Below are positions 41,710 to 52,165 of a stretch of 64,000 nt of DNA, piece by piece (within the stretch, counting starts at the first letter, position 1; each line of letters opens with the position of its first letter). This stretch comes from Armatimonadota bacterium (GTDB lineage Bacteria; Armatimonadota; UBA5829; DSUL01), in assembly GCA_025998755.1 (NCBI GenBank), contig AP024674.1, forward strand, positions 1,104,162-1,168,161, read 5' to 3'. The position numbers were made by a program, and so were the translations under genes. Below the pieces are notes generated by a model, which was given only the letters and a program-made list of their open reading frames with translations, searched no databases and was not told where the DNA came from.

Positions 41710-42993
41710 ATGAGGATGGAGGATGGAGGATGGAGGATGGAATCCGCTGTGCAGCCTACAGTCTCTCCCAATGCCACTGAGGAACCTTCAGACCTTACCC
41801 TGCTCACGACGCTCGGCACTGGCAAGTATGTTGATGTGACCTATCAATACGGCCAACAGCAGTTCACCACCAGCCTCGTTCCTGTGGCTCTTGCCGAATG
41901 GTTCAAGCCCACCAAGACGATCGTGCTGTTGACGGAACAGGCAAAGAACTCAGACTACTGGCAATTGCTCAGTAAGAAAGTCCAGAACTGTCAGGAAGCC
42001 AAGATCCCTGAAGGCCGATCTGAGGAGGAATACTGGAAGATATTCGACATCGTTACCTCAGCACTCAGTGGGTCTAAAGAGGTTATCCTGGATATCACGC
42101 ATGGCTTTCGCTCTCTGCCGGTAATTGTTTTGCTGGCTGCTGTGTTCCTTCAAGAAAGCCAGGGGGTGAAGATGAGGCACATCTTTTACGGAGCGTATGA
42201 AGCTCGTGACAAGGACAAAGGAGAGCCTGCGCCCATCTTTGACCTCTCGCCAATGCTTGACCTAGTGCAATGGGCTGTCGCCACTAACCGGTTCCTCGAG
42301 ACCGGAGACGCTCGCAAACTCGGCCACCTTCTTGAGGAGATCCAGCGGAGGTTTTACACATCTGTAGAGGTCTCGGCAGGAAAAGAGCCGCCAAAGCAGC
42401 TTCAATCTGCTGGCCAGGCACTGTCTAAACTGTCCCAAGCCATCGATCTTGTCCGCCCTGCCGACATACGCGAATACAGTCAGAAACTTATGGAAGAGCT
42501 GGTCACGGCAAAAACAGAGATCCAACTATTCGCCCGCCCGTTCGAACTTGTGCGGGAACACGTTCAGGCCGAGTTCGGAGGTTTGAAGCAGGGTGATCTT
42601 GCCTCCCAACGGGATCTCATCAAATGGTATCTGGATCATGGTCGTATATTGCAGGCAATGATCTTTGCGAGGGAATGGGTGATATCTTGGACGGCTGAGG
42701 CCATCAACCGCGGGGACCTGAAAGACCGTGAAAGCATTGAGCACGCGCTGAATCAGGTGATTCACCGGAGTGAAGGACGTGACCCAACCAAGGCAAAGGA
42801 CATTGACCCAGACATCGTGAAAAGCGTGAACGACTTGGAGGCGAGGGAGCAGCTGAAGGATATCTGGAGTGAGCTGGGAGGCTTGCGCAATGACCTTGCC
42901 CATTGTGGTTTCCGCAAGGACCGCAGAAAAGTGAACAGGCTGCCTGATCAGGCCAAGGAGATCTACTGTCTTCTGAGGGAGCTGGAGTGTTGA
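41710..42993 (+). CDS. csx1: CARF-HEPN ribonuclease Csx1 (TM1812-like)
   Basis: LTTLGTG, LDITHGFRSLP (DxTHG CARF motif) and HEPN RNDLAH. The true start may be ATG 41737. Confidence 0.92.
   Translation: MRMEDGGWRMESAVQPTVSPNATEEPSDLTLLTTLGTGKYVDVTYQYGQQQFTTSLVPVALAEWFKPTKTIVLLTEQAKNSDYWQLLSKKVQNCQEAKIPEGRSEEEYWKIFDIVTSALSGSKEVILDITHGFRSLPVIVLLAAVFLQESQGVKMRHIFYGAYEARDKDKGEPAPIFDLSPMLDLVQWAVATNRFLETGDARKLGHLLEEIQRRFYTSVEVSAGKEPPKQLQSAGQALSKLSQAIDLVRPADIREYSQKLMEELVTAKTEIQLFARPFELVREHVQAEFGGLKQGDLASQRDLIKWYLDHGRILQAMIFAREWVISWTAEAINRGDLKDRESIEHALNQVIHRSEGRDPTKAKDIDPDIVKSVNDLEAREQLKDIWSELGGLRNDLAHCGFRKDRRKVNRLPDQAKEIYCLLRELEC
41712..41739 (+). repeat. Heptamer tandem repeat (GAGGATG)x4 at the csx1 start
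   Basis: Directly visible. Confidence 0.9.
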
Positions 42994-43367
42994 CTGTTCT
43001 CAACTTTTCCCACCCCCTCACTCAGGAACAGCTGCAGCAGATTGAGGCTATTTCGGGTGAGCCAATATGTGACGTGCGGCAGATCCCTTGCCAGTTCGAC
43101 CATATGCAGGGTTTCGCGGAGCAGACGCGAGCCCTAGTAGATGCGGTGGGGCTGGGCCCGGAGGAGTGGCAGACACTCCCAATTCTCGTAAACCTTCCCA
43201 CCCACCACGTTATTGCGGCTGCTGTTGTGGCAGAGATCCAAGGTCGGGTGGGATACTTACCCGCCGTGCTGCGCCTTCGTCCTGCCGGCAACAGCCTGCC
43301 GCGCTTTGAGGTCGCCGAGATCCTGAATCTGCAGGCAGTGCGCGAGACTGCTCGCCTGTCAAGGTAG
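42987..43367 (+). CDS. csx15: CRISPR-associated protein Csx15
   Basis: MLTVLNFSHPLT...EWQTLPILVNLP...GRVGYLP...FEVAEILNLQ matches the Csx15 pattern; it directly follows csx1. Confidence 0.82.
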   Translation: MLTVLNFSHPLTQEQLQQIEAISGEPICDVRQIPCQFDHMQGFAEQTRALVDAVGLGPEEWQTLPILVNLPTHHVIAAAVVAEIQGRVGYLPAVLRLRPAGNSLPRFEVAEILNLQAVRETARLSR

Positions 43368-43465
43368 CCAGGTCATATTCTCCAGCTTTTCAGAGCATCC
43401 ATCTGGTGTCCCTGGACAATGCGGAGGTTCCCCCTGCCGACTGACAACTATCAAGGAGCCGCCTG

Positions 43466-43797
43466 ATGCTCGCAGCGTTCGATATTCGACTCAATCCGGC
43501 AGATGATGCGCTGCTTCCCCACCCCTGCGGGCACCAGGTGCACGCGGCTCTGCTCGCTGCGGTCAATCGAGTTAATCCCGAGCAGGCCAGGGCGTTCCAT
43601 AGCGATGCGCAGGTAAAGCCATTCGCCATTAGTGCGCTCTCTGGCCCCGCATCCGCATCCGGGGGACCACGTTGGAGGTGCCCAGGGACACTGAATGCCG
43701 CGTGCGCCTCGTCACCAACGCCTTAGGGCAATCATCCCTGGGGCGACGGCTGGTCGAAAAGGATTCCGATGGCAGAGGCGCGGAAGGAAAATCGTGA
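43466..43797 (+). pseudogene. cas6: cas6 pseudogene (frameshift plus large internal deletion)
   Basis: Cas6-like N-terminus (GHQVHAALL...AFHSDAQVKPFAISAL), then a frameshift near CGCATCCGCATC to ...EVPRDTECRVRLVT and a residual LGQ tail, ending TGA 43797. About 110 codons; the G-rich loop is missing. Confidence 0.75.
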
Positions 43798-43798
43798 C

Positions 43799-44860
43799 AT
43801 GAGAGACCTCATCGTAACCGTGGGAACATCGCTACTCGGCAACTGGCGGGGATCCAACCGTACACAGGAACATCGTGCGGAGGATCTTCCAGACTGCCAG
43901 ACTCTCTTGGATTGGGTCGGCCAGCAGCCTCCCGAAAAGGCCTCTGCAGAGACCCACACGCTTTTCCGGCTTCCGCTTGAAGCAGACGACAGAATTCACC
44001 TTCTACACAGCAGCACAGAGGAAGGGCGGCTCTGCGCGCACGCGCTAGAACGCCATTTTTCACCCCGGTGCCGCGAGTGCAGATTTGTGGAGATAAGATA
44101 CCTGTCCTACAGCGAGCCGCACTTTAGGGACCGCGGTCTTCGAGAGCTGCTATCTGAGGCGTTCAAGATTATCCGGGAGGCCCGGCGCAAAGGCCGCAGC
44201 GTAGAGATCTGCGCCACCGGTGGTTTCAAGCCCGAACTTGCCTATCTCAATGTGGCAGGGCTGCTGGCAAAATGCCCGGTCCACTACGTCCACGAGCGCT
44301 TCGCGAGTCTGATCACCCTGCCTCCGCTGCCGGTGGACTGGGCAGTGAATCTCGACGAGCAAAGCATTGAGTTCCTGCAATGGCTGGACTCCGGTTTCAG
44401 GAATGAGCAAGAGACAGAAGCCCGTCTGAAACAGCTGCCCCACCTGCGTTCACTGGTCTCCTTCGACGACGAAGGATGTTCTCTCTCTCCTGCCGGGCTT
44501 GCCCTGTTGGAGGCGTGGCGCGAACGGACCGGCTTCATACCCGAAGTCCACCTACCCCACTCCGGAAAGGCGGCTGCTGAGAAGATCGACCTCAGCAAGG
44601 AGCCCCATCACCGTCCGTCCGGGTTCGATAAATATCGGGACCGCATTGCAAACTTGGATTTTGTAACGCAGATCTTCTATCGCGGTGGCCTGCCAGCGTG
44701 CGAGAAAAGCGTCGCCGTTTTGAACGCTGCTGAGGGCAGTCTTCGCGTGCGTCTTTCCGACGGAGACTATGGCATCGAACTTATTGTTCACACCACCGCA
44801 ACGGATGACGCTGGGGCGGAGTTAGCGGCGAAGCTGGTTCGCGAAGCTTTGGATAACTGA
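43799..44860 (+). CDS. APE2256-family CARF protein with wHTH and an unassigned C-terminal domain
   Basis: IVTVGTSLL, SAET, LLHSSTEEG, CATGGFKPE and YVHERF are APE2256/Crn1-like CARF motifs; LSPAG marks the wHTH; about 90-aa C-terminal domain. Confidence 0.82.
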   Translation: MRDLIVTVGTSLLGNWRGSNRTQEHRAEDLPDCQTLLDWVGQQPPEKASAETHTLFRLPLEADDRIHLLHSSTEEGRLCAHALERHFSPRCRECRFVEIRYLSYSEPHFRDRGLRELLSEAFKIIREARRKGRSVEICATGGFKPELAYLNVAGLLAKCPVHYVHERFASLITLPPLPVDWAVNLDEQSIEFLQWLDSGFRNEQETEARLKQLPHLRSLVSFDDEGCSLSPAGLALLEAWRERTGFIPEVHLPHSGKAAAEKIDLSKEPHHRPSGFDKYRDRIANLDFVTQIFYRGGLPACEKSVAVLNAAEGSLRVRLSDGDYGIELIVHTTATDDAGAELAAKLVREALDN

Positions 44861-44982
44861 CTCGTACCACAAAATCACCGCACCGCTAATGCGGCAAGCC
44901 CCTTGCCGTCGCCCCGGGCACGCTTTAGCCCTTGATAACTGAGGGGTGAGATTGCCCCCTTGGTTGCAACGATTCCTCAATC

Positions 44983-47190
44983 ATGCTCGTGATCACCGGC
45001 CTCGAAAGGCCGGTGCAACATCCCGGTCCACGTCTGTCTGTGAATGTTTCTTCTTGTTTCAATCCTCACCGGCCTCGAAAGGCCGGTGCAACTTTCAGCG
45101 TGTCCCGGTCAATACTGGTCCTCTTCGTTTCAATCCTCACCGGCCTCGAAAGGCCGGTGCAACATTCCGAGTGGGCGTGGCGGGAGCTGCACTCCCGCAG
45201 TTTCAATCCTCACCGGCCTCGAAAGGCCGGTGCAACGAGCCTCTGGGGAGAAGGGCCCCGACAGACCTAAAGTTTCAATCCTCACCGGCCTCGAAAGGCC
45301 GGTGCAACGACGTTCTCGCCATACAGTCTGGCGGGAATCAGCGTTTCAATCCTCACCGGCCTCGAAAGGCCGGTGCAACGTGTGAAGACAACGCAAATAG
45401 GGCCGTTGTTCGACGTTTCAATCCTCACCGGCCTCGAAAGGCCGGTGCAACGGGAAAGACGCCGACTTCCATATCAAGGATTTCTGCGTTTCAATCCTCA
45501 CCGGCCTCGAAAGGCCGGTGCAACGTCGAACAGGCCGGGGGTACCGGAACTTCTTGTGCGGGTTTCAATCCTCACCGGCCTCGAAAGGCCGGTGCAACCG
45601 CCTGCGCGCATGCGCGCGCGTGTCGCGGCCTACGACGTTTCAATCCTCACCGGCCTCGAAAGGCCGGTGCAACAGCCGCACACTCGTGTATGGAAGTCGG
45701 ATTTCGTTGTTTCAATCCTCACCGGCCTCGAAAGGCCGGTGCAACGGCGGCCGGGGATATCAGTACGAGGTCGGCTGCTCGTTTCAATCCTCACCGGCCT
45801 CGAAAGGCCGGTGCAACAGGATAGGAGGTACCTACATGGAACAGGCAATCACGTTTCAATCCTCACCGGCCTCGAAAGGCCGGTGCAACTCCAAGCTGTA
45901 CGAAGAGCTTCTTTCGAGGAAGTGTTTCAATCCTCACCGGCCTCGAAAGGCCGGTGCAACTTTTCGCCTGCCGGGCCCCGTGAAAGCGCGACCAGGTTTC
46001 AATCCTCACCGGCCTCGAAAGGCCGGTGCAACGAGGATATCGTTACGCACATATCCAAGCTGTACGGTTTCAATCCTCACCGGCCTCGAAAGGCCGGTGC
46101 AACGTCGCCGCGGGCGACGTGGGCTCGGCGGCTGCGCGGGTTTCAATCCTCACCGGCCTCGAAAGGCCGGTGCAACGCCCGCGGGCAGTACAAGTACGAT
46201 TACGCCCACACGGTTTCAATCCTCACCGGCCTCGAAAGGCCGGTGCAACTTCAACTAGCTAGTACCAAGGAGGTTGCGATGAAGTTTCAATCCTCACCGG
46301 CCTCGAAAGGCCGGTGCAACGCCCCGTGAAAGCGCGACCAGGAGACTGAGGCATGAGTTTCAATCCTCACCGGCCTCGAAAGGCCGGTGCAACTGTCTGC
46401 TCCCCGTCCGCAGGGGCGGGGATAGATGTTTCAATCCTCACCGGCCTCGAAAGGCCGGTGCAACACTGCGAAGCCGTACAGCTCACGAACTGCACGCTCG
46501 TTTCAATCCTCACCGGCCTCGAAAGGCCGGTGCAACCGAGTTGCAGCCGTCATGGCGCCGTGGTGATGTGGTTTCAATCCTCACCGGCCTCGAAAGGCCG
46601 GTGCAACTGATGAATTCGCCTCCGAGGCGAATCCAGCCCATCCTGTTTCAATCCTCACCGGCCTCGAAAGGCCGGTGCAACGCCTGATCCTTCTGCGCGG
46701 CGTAGCACGCCGCGCAGTTTCAATCCTCACCGGCCTCGAAAGGCCGGTGCAACCCTGCTAGCCGTAGGGGGGCGCGCCCCCCCCTACGGGTTTCAATCCT
46801 CACCGGCCTCGAAAGGCCGGTGCAACGGCGGCCGCAGGGGGGCGGCCGCAGAGCGGCCGCAGGTTTCAATCCTCACCGGCCTCGAAAGGCCGGTGCAACG
46901 CAACCGCCATTGTGGCAGGCGCCATCCTGGACATGGTTTCAATCCTCACCGGCCTCGAAAGGCCGGTGCAACGAATCAACTAGCTACTACCGAGGAGGAT
47001 ACGATGAAGTTTCAATCCTCACCGGCCTCGAAAGGCCGGTGCAACTTGCTTGGGCGTCATCGTTATCACCGGCGCCCAAGGTTTCAATCCTCACCGGCCT
47101 CGAAAGGCCGGTGCAACCGTGCGACGTGTGCAATTACTCCAGACCATTTTGTCGTTTCAATCCTCACCGGCCTCGAAAGGCCGGTGCAAC
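44983..47190 (-). CRISPR. CRISPR array 1: 30 perfect repeats plus 1 degenerate trailer repeat, 30 spacers
   Basis: Repeat in the transcribed sense is GTTGCACCGGCCTTTCGAGGCCGGTGAGGATTGAAAC (37 bp). Perfect copies span 45056-47190; the degenerate copy ends at 45019. The leader lies toward cas2. Confidence 0.98.
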
Positions 47191-47372
47191 GGACCCTGGA
47201 AAGCCCCCTCGGAGGGCCTTCCCAAGCTCAAATCAGGGCTTCTGGACTCCCCATCTCTATTCCTCCTCCCACCGACCATTTTTGCAGCCCATGCCTGCCC
47301 GCGTGCGGGAAAAGCCACAAAACCGTGCGCGAACCTCCTTCGTGAAACACCCTCACTCCCGATCCGCGCAGA
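47191..47372 (-). promoter_or_regulatory. CRISPR leader 1
   Basis: Homologous to 56326-56507, sharing TCTGCGCGGATCGG, TCACGAAGGAGGT, GCTGCAAAAAT and ATTTGAGCT.GGGAAGG. Confidence 0.85.
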
Positions 47373-47408
47373 GGCTAATGGATCCTGAAATGAGAAGAGA
47401 TGTCCCAC

Positions 47409-47705
47409 CTAGACGATCATCGGCGCATCAGGATCCACGTAACGGTCCACGCCGTAGGTCTCCACGCAGCGTTCGCGTCCGCCAGGCAGGCGATAGATGC
47501 GGATGCTATCCTTCTCAGGATCAATGATCTTCAGCAACTTGGCCCGTAGCCGCTCCAATTCCCTCTCGTTCAGGCGGCATTCGAAGACAGAATACTGGAC
47601 GCGCTGCCCGAAATTCACACAAGCTTTCGATGCCCTGCGCAGGCGTTTCTGGCCCGCCGCGTCTTCCGTGTTCACATCATATGAGATCAGATAGTCGTCT
47701 CGCAT
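47409..47705 (-). CDS. cas2: Cas2
   Basis: YLISYDV...GQRVQYSVFEC...DSIRIYRL. Confidence 0.96.
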   Translation of the reverse strand: MRDDYLISYDVNTEDAAGQKRLRRASKACVNFGQRVQYSVFECRLNERELERLRAKLLKIIDPEKDSIRIYRLPGGRERCVETYGVDRYVDPDAPMIV

Positions 47706-47715
47706 AGTAGCCTCT

Positions 47716-48762
47716 CTAGCGAGGGATAAAGGGGGTATAGAACGGGATATCACCCCGCAGGCAACGGGCCAGGATCCTCGCCTGCAGATGAGGGACTACC
47801 CCTAGTGGTACGCGAGTCTTCAGCATGGGATGGGATACCTCGGTCTGCTTCCGCGTCTGGTAGGCGACCACCACCTTTTTACGCCCATCCTCATTCAACA
47901 AAACTGCGCCACCAGGCCTCTCGCGAAAGTCTTCGGGACCGATCTGCTTGCGGTTGATCAGCGTCAGCGCCAAGCGGTCTGCAAAGGGTGCGCGGAACTC
48001 CTCCATCAGGTCCAGAGCCAACGCCGGCCGCCCTGGCCGGATGGCGTGAAGAAACCCGAACTGCGGATCAAGTCCCACCCCTTCGCAGGCCGCGCGGCAA
48101 TCGTTCACCAGCAAGGCATACAGGAAAGAGAGAAGAGCATTTACGCGATCCTTTGGCGGTCTGCGGCTCCGGGAGTCAAAGCGGAAGTCCGTCCGTTGCT
48201 GGGTGATAAGGGAATCGAACGCCTCGAAATATGCCGCTGATCCGTGTCCCTCGGCTCCTCGCACGGCATCGAGCGAGCGTGCTTCCTCCAGGCTTTTCAG
48301 CTGACCGGCAACAGCCTCTGCCGCCCTGGAGAGGGCGGCCACCGCTTCCTTTGCCCTTTGTCCTTCCCCGGCTTCGCGGATGGCCCGGTTCAATACTCCT
48401 CTGCAGTTCTGAAGCTTCCCTGCAACAATGCAACGGGCCACAGCTGCAGCGGCTGACTCGTCCCGGTGCGTCTCATACTGGGCCTTCCGGAGCAGCACAT
48501 TCCCGCTTGTGGCCCCTTCCACCCGTGCCAGAAAGCGGCCGTTCACGTCCATAAACGTTACCGCCCGGCCATCCTCGGCGCACCGATGCATCAGGTAAGG
48601 GCTTACTGTCACCAAGCCGAAAGTCACGATGGCGCCAAGGTGATGCAGAGGGGTCTGCTTGAGCCTCTCGTCCTTTAGATCCACCCGGACCGTGTCTCCG
48701 TCCAGGTGCACGTAGGCTCCCTGCGTGAAGACGTAAAGCGTGTTCAGCAGCTCGGTGGTCAC
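47716..48762 (-). CDS. cas1: Cas1 (type I-C)
   Basis: LLNTLYV, SGNVLLRKAQY, RRPPKDRVNALLSF and LALDLMEEFR. Confidence 0.97.
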   Translation of the reverse strand: MTTELLNTLYVFTQGAYVHLDGDTVRVDLKDERLKQTPLHHLGAIVTFGLVTVSPYLMHRCAEDGRAVTFMDVNGRFLARVEGATSGNVLLRKAQYETHRDESAAAAVARCIVAGKLQNCRGVLNRAIREAGEGQRAKEAVAALSRAAEAVAGQLKSLEEARSLDAVRGAEGHGSAAYFEAFDSLITQQRTDFRFDSRSRRPPKDRVNALLSFLYALLVNDCRAACEGVGLDPQFGFLHAIRPGRPALALDLMEEFRAPFADRLALTLINRKQIGPEDFRERPGGAVLLNEDGRKKVVVAYQTRKQTEVSHPMLKTRVPLGVVPHLQARILARCLRGDIPFYTPFIPR

Positions 48763-48790
48763 GTCTTGGAGAGTCCTTTCCCACCCTTCG

Positions 48791-49441
48791 TCAATCGAGA
48801 CCCTCGCCCTCGCGCGGGACGAACAGTGGGTGCTCTCCCCGGCTTTGCTGCAGATAGTCTATCAGTCCGGGTTGGCAGACCTCAATCAGCGAGCAATCCG
48901 GGCAACGCCGGTCGTTTACCGGCGGGGGCGTGCAAGCGGTCGCCAGCATCTGGCGGATGCAGAAAATGGTTTGTTCCGTAAATGCACGCAGTTCAGCGTC
49001 CAGATGCACTTCCTGCCTCCGGCGTGAGCCGCGATAGTAGATGGCCGCGCTCGGAATGCCAACACCCAGCATCTCTTCCAGACACATGGCCTGCGCGCAC
49101 ACCTGCGCCATGTCGTTCAGTTTGCCTAGCCGGTAACGGCGGCCATGCTTGTATTCCACCGGTACCACACGGCCGTCCGGCCAGAACTCAACCACGTCGG
49201 CCACGCCGGAGAGTCCCAGCCGGCGGCTGTAAAGGGGCAGCGCGAACTGTACCACCACACCAGCCTCGACCTCGTGGCCGGCCTCGTGGATCTCCTCGTG
49301 CTCGCGCCGCCCCTTCAGCGTGAAGACGTTGTCCTCGAAGATGTCCTCCAGGTGGATAAGCGCGCACCGGCGTGGACAGTAGCACCAGTGCGAGATGGCG
49401 CTCACCATTACCAGTTCATCTTCGGGCCAATCGCCGTCCAT
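48791..49441 (-). CDS. cas4: Cas4
   Basis: YCPRRCAL, GVADVVE, PVEYKHG, QAMCLEEM and CPDCSLIEVC. Confidence 0.96.
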   Translation of the reverse strand: MDGDWPEDELVMVSAISHWCYCPRRCALIHLEDIFEDNVFTLKGRREHEEIHEAGHEVEAGVVVQFALPLYSRRLGLSGVADVVEFWPDGRVVPVEYKHGRRYRLGKLNDMAQVCAQAMCLEEMLGVGIPSAAIYYRGSRRRQEVHLDAELRAFTEQTIFCIRQMLATACTPPPVNDRRCPDCSLIEVCQPGLIDYLQQSRGEHPLFVPREGEGLD

Positions 49442-49449
49442 CGAGTCCC

Positions 49450-50427
49450 TTACAGCATCTCGAGGACTTCCACCCCCGCCGGAACGCGCTCCTTATGGAT
49501 TTCCACCGCAAAGTCGGAGAACTTGCGCGGTGGCCTGGTCGGATCCTTCTGCCAGACGCGCACAATGGCTTTCCCGTCGTCTTCCGCGCCCCCCAGGTCC
49601 AGGAGCCGATGCGCCGGAGCGCAGCCAAGTTTGGCCTGCCGCTCCCGCTGAGCGGGATCGCTGTCCGTGCCGACGTGCCGGAACACCACCAGCTTGCGCG
49701 CTGACATGGTCCCTTTGCTGGCGCTACGGTCGTGGTCGTACATGTTCAGCAACGCTTCCCACAGGAGTTGCAGGTCCTCCTCCGTGAAGCCTGTCCCTTC
49801 CGCCAGATGAGCACTGATGAAGCCGTTAGCGCAATAAAGGCCATACGGGATAAGGGCTTTTCGCCCCATAGTGCGCAGCTGGTCTTCCGGCTGCTCTTTT
49901 TCCCACTTCAGGTAGTCCTCGCTGGACTTCGCTTCGCGCACGTCCTCAGCGACAGCCATCCTGGTGACGGAGGCATCAAGCGGCAGGATCGGATGCAGCG
50001 AACGTGCGAACGAAAGCTGGACCGGTCCGCGCACCTGACCCGCATTCGGGCCTGTGCTCATAACCGCCCCCAACGCGCGCACATCGTAGAAGTTCTGACA
50101 CATCCATCTGCGCGCCAGCTCCACCTTGTCCTTGCCAACTCTGGCACCCGGCTGAAAGCCGCCTTCCGTCTTCTCGTGGGCCATCACGATGGGACGGTTC
50201 AGATTGGTGGCGTGCTCCACGAAGATGCAGTAGGGAGCCTGATTCCCGCGGGCGATCTGCACGTAGTTGCGGATCCGCCGCTTCAGCGCCACATCGGACA
50301 CCAGACCGTGCATATCCTCAGGGTCCACCCGGGGCGCGTTCCCCGCATCGGGATCTCCGTTGGGATTGCCGTTCTCGCAGTCAAACAGATACAGAAACTC
50401 GTAGCGATTCTTGATGACGTCAGACAT
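49450..50427 (-). CDS. cas7: Cas7/Csd2 (type I-C)
   Basis: NRYEF...[32 protein letters not shown] and TMGRK. Confidence 0.96.
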   Translation of the reverse strand: MSDVIKNRYEFLYLFDCENGNPNGDPDAGNAPRVDPEDMHGLVSDVALKRRIRNYVQIARGNQAPYCIFVEHATNLNRPIVMAHEKTEGGFQPGARVGKDKVELARRWMCQNFYDVRALGAVMSTGPNAGQVRGPVQLSFARSLHPILPLDASVTRMAVAEDVREAKSSEDYLKWEKEQPEDQLRTMGRKALIPYGLYCANGFISAHLAEGTGFTEEDLQLLWEALLNMYDHDRSASKGTMSARKLVVFRHVGTDSDPAQRERQAKLGCAPAHRLLDLGGAEDDGKAIVRVWQKDPTRPPRKFSDFAVEIHKERVPAGVEVLEML

Positions 50428-52165
50428 TGCTTTCCTCCTCAACCGAATTCACCGGCGCCGCGCCGGCCTTCCTGGCGCGGTCGGCAGCAAGCTGCTGGTA
50501 GTATCCAAGGGCGAACAGGCTCTGCTCTTCGAGCTTCAAAGCTCCAGGCGGTCTGTCTCCGATGCGAGCCCAAATGTCTGCGATCCTCGTCTCGAAGTAG
50601 CGCGCCCGTCCCGGCTCCAGCTTGTTCAGATGGAACTGGCTGAGCCGCGCCAGTCGACCCAGGACCAGTGAGGGCGTGGCGCTGGCGGCAGCGTAGAACC
50701 TCTGCACTACGCCCGCGCCGACGTCCCCCTGCGCGGCATGCTGAAGCTGCGCATATTCCGCCATCAGCCTCCCGCAGTGATAGGCGGGAGATGGGTGATC
50801 TTCATTCAGATAGGGTTTCACGTCAGTGTCTCCTTCCCGGACAAGAAATGCCTTTATCAGCCCGAACCGCGCGTGGTTGGCGGCCTGGTCGTCGAGGATG
50901 TCACACCGCGCGCGGGCAAGCGCCTGGGCCACAAGCTGCCGCGGGATCGGTCCTGCGGTCAGCGCGGAGCGCCAGAGCGCAGCCACCGCCGGGGCGGCAA
51001 GGTCATCGAGCTCCCTCACCGTAGAGCCCAGCACCGCCATGAACTTGGGTGGCGGCGCCAGGCCGGTTCCGTCCCGGTTGACGACGGAGAAGTCGTCGAA
51101 CCAGCCATTGATGTTGCGGACAAGCTCCTCGAACTGTCCTTCCATCCAGTCCCGTACCATGGCCCTTCCCGCTGCCCCGCTGATAGTCAGGGCATAGAAG
51201 TGGTTCTGTTGCAGATCGGGCCTCTGACCGGTCCGGATGGCCTCCAGCAGTTCTCGTGCCCGCTGCTGAGCGGTGAGTTTTTCCGTTTCCTCTGCGCTTT
51301 CGAGCCACTCCAGCGGGTCTTCATCAGCGGCAACGCGGTCCTTGAACCAGTGGGCCACCTTCGCTTCCGCCAGGCGCCGGCTATGGCGGTCCAGCAAGTG
51401 GTTCAGGGCGGCGCGATATGCGGCCGCAGCCTCTTCCGAGACTGCTCCGTTTTCGGACTGAGAGAGACCGAACGACTGGAAGGCGTCCTTGTCGTATCCG
51501 ATGAGCGAGGAGCCCATCCCCATCCCACCCACGTCGGAGAGTCCCGATATTTTGGGATGGGTGCGAGCCGGTTCGACGGTCTGGCCGGTGGCGAGGCAGA
51601 TCATCTGGCTTCCCGTTCCCTGCCTGGCCAGCGTGCGGCGGAACGTCTGCCACCAGGCGTGCCAGGAGGAGTCCTCAACCGGAAAGGCCCCATCCACCCG
51701 GATGGTTATCTTATCCGTCGGGCTTGCCTTTTGGCCTGAGAGCTCAGCCCGGATCTGCGCCAGAACGGCATCATCCGCCAGGCTGTCCGCCACCGGCTTC
51801 AGGCAGGGCGTAACGGTTGAGGCATCACGCAGCAGCCGCACGAAATACCCGTGCTTTGCTTCGATGTCGCGGATTTCTTTCTCGGATGCCCCGCTCTTCG
51901 CCCAGTTGGCCACCACCTGACAGGTATCCACCAGGAAATGACTCTTGGTCTGGCCTCCTGAAGTCAACTCCGGCTGCGTGAGGTCCGGACATTTCGTGAA
52001 TCTACGTCCCGGATCCCGCTTGTCGGAACGGTTCCCGAGAGGCAGAACTCCCAGGAACTGACCATTCGCATCGAAATCCAGGGCCCACCGGACGTCCTTC
52101 GGTGCGAATCCTGGCTCAGTGACGAGCTGCTCGCGGCGCGCGTATTCCACCAGAAGGTCAAGCAT
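50420..52165 (-). CDS. cas8c: Cas8c/Csd1
   Basis: CLATG, THPKI, AFQSFG, AYHCGRL and FALGYYQQ; lies between cas5 and cas7. Confidence 0.93.
   Translation of the reverse strand: MLDLLVEYARREQLVTEPGFAPKDVRWALDFDANGQFLGVLPLGNRSDKRDPGRRFTKCPDLTQPELTSGGQTKSHFLVDTCQVVANWAKSGASEKEIRDIEAKHGYFVRLLRDASTVTPCLKPVADSLADDAVLAQIRAELSGQKASPTDKITIRVDGAFPVEDSSWHAWWQTFRRTLARQGTGSQMICLATGQTVEPARTHPKISGLSDVGGMGMGSSLIGYDKDAFQSFGLSQSENGAVSEEAAAAYRAALNHLLDRHSRRLAEAKVAHWFKDRVAADEDPLEWLESAEETEKLTAQQRARELLEAIRTGQRPDLQQNHFYALTISGAAGRAMVRDWMEGQFEELVRNINGWFDDFSVVNRDGTGLAPPPKFMAVLGSTVRELDDLAAPAVAALWRSALTAGPIPRQLVAQALARARCDILDDQAANHARFGLIKAFLVREGDTDVKPYLNEDHPSPAYHCGRLMAEYAQLQHAAQGDVGAGVVQRFYAAASATPSLVLGRLARLSQFHLNKLEPGRARYFETRIADIWARIGDRPPGALKLEEQSLFALGYYQQLAADRARKAGAAPVNSVEEESNV

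Noticed and set aside
44946-47527. Long ORFs across array 1 (FQSSPASKGRCN, VSILTGLERPVQ repeats)
   Set aside because: They are translations of the CRISPR repeat, which has no stop codons on that strand.
47716-48762. RT-Cas1 as an explanation for spacer strand bias
   Set aside because: Cas1 is a plain 348-aa I-C protein and no reverse transcriptase is present in the window.
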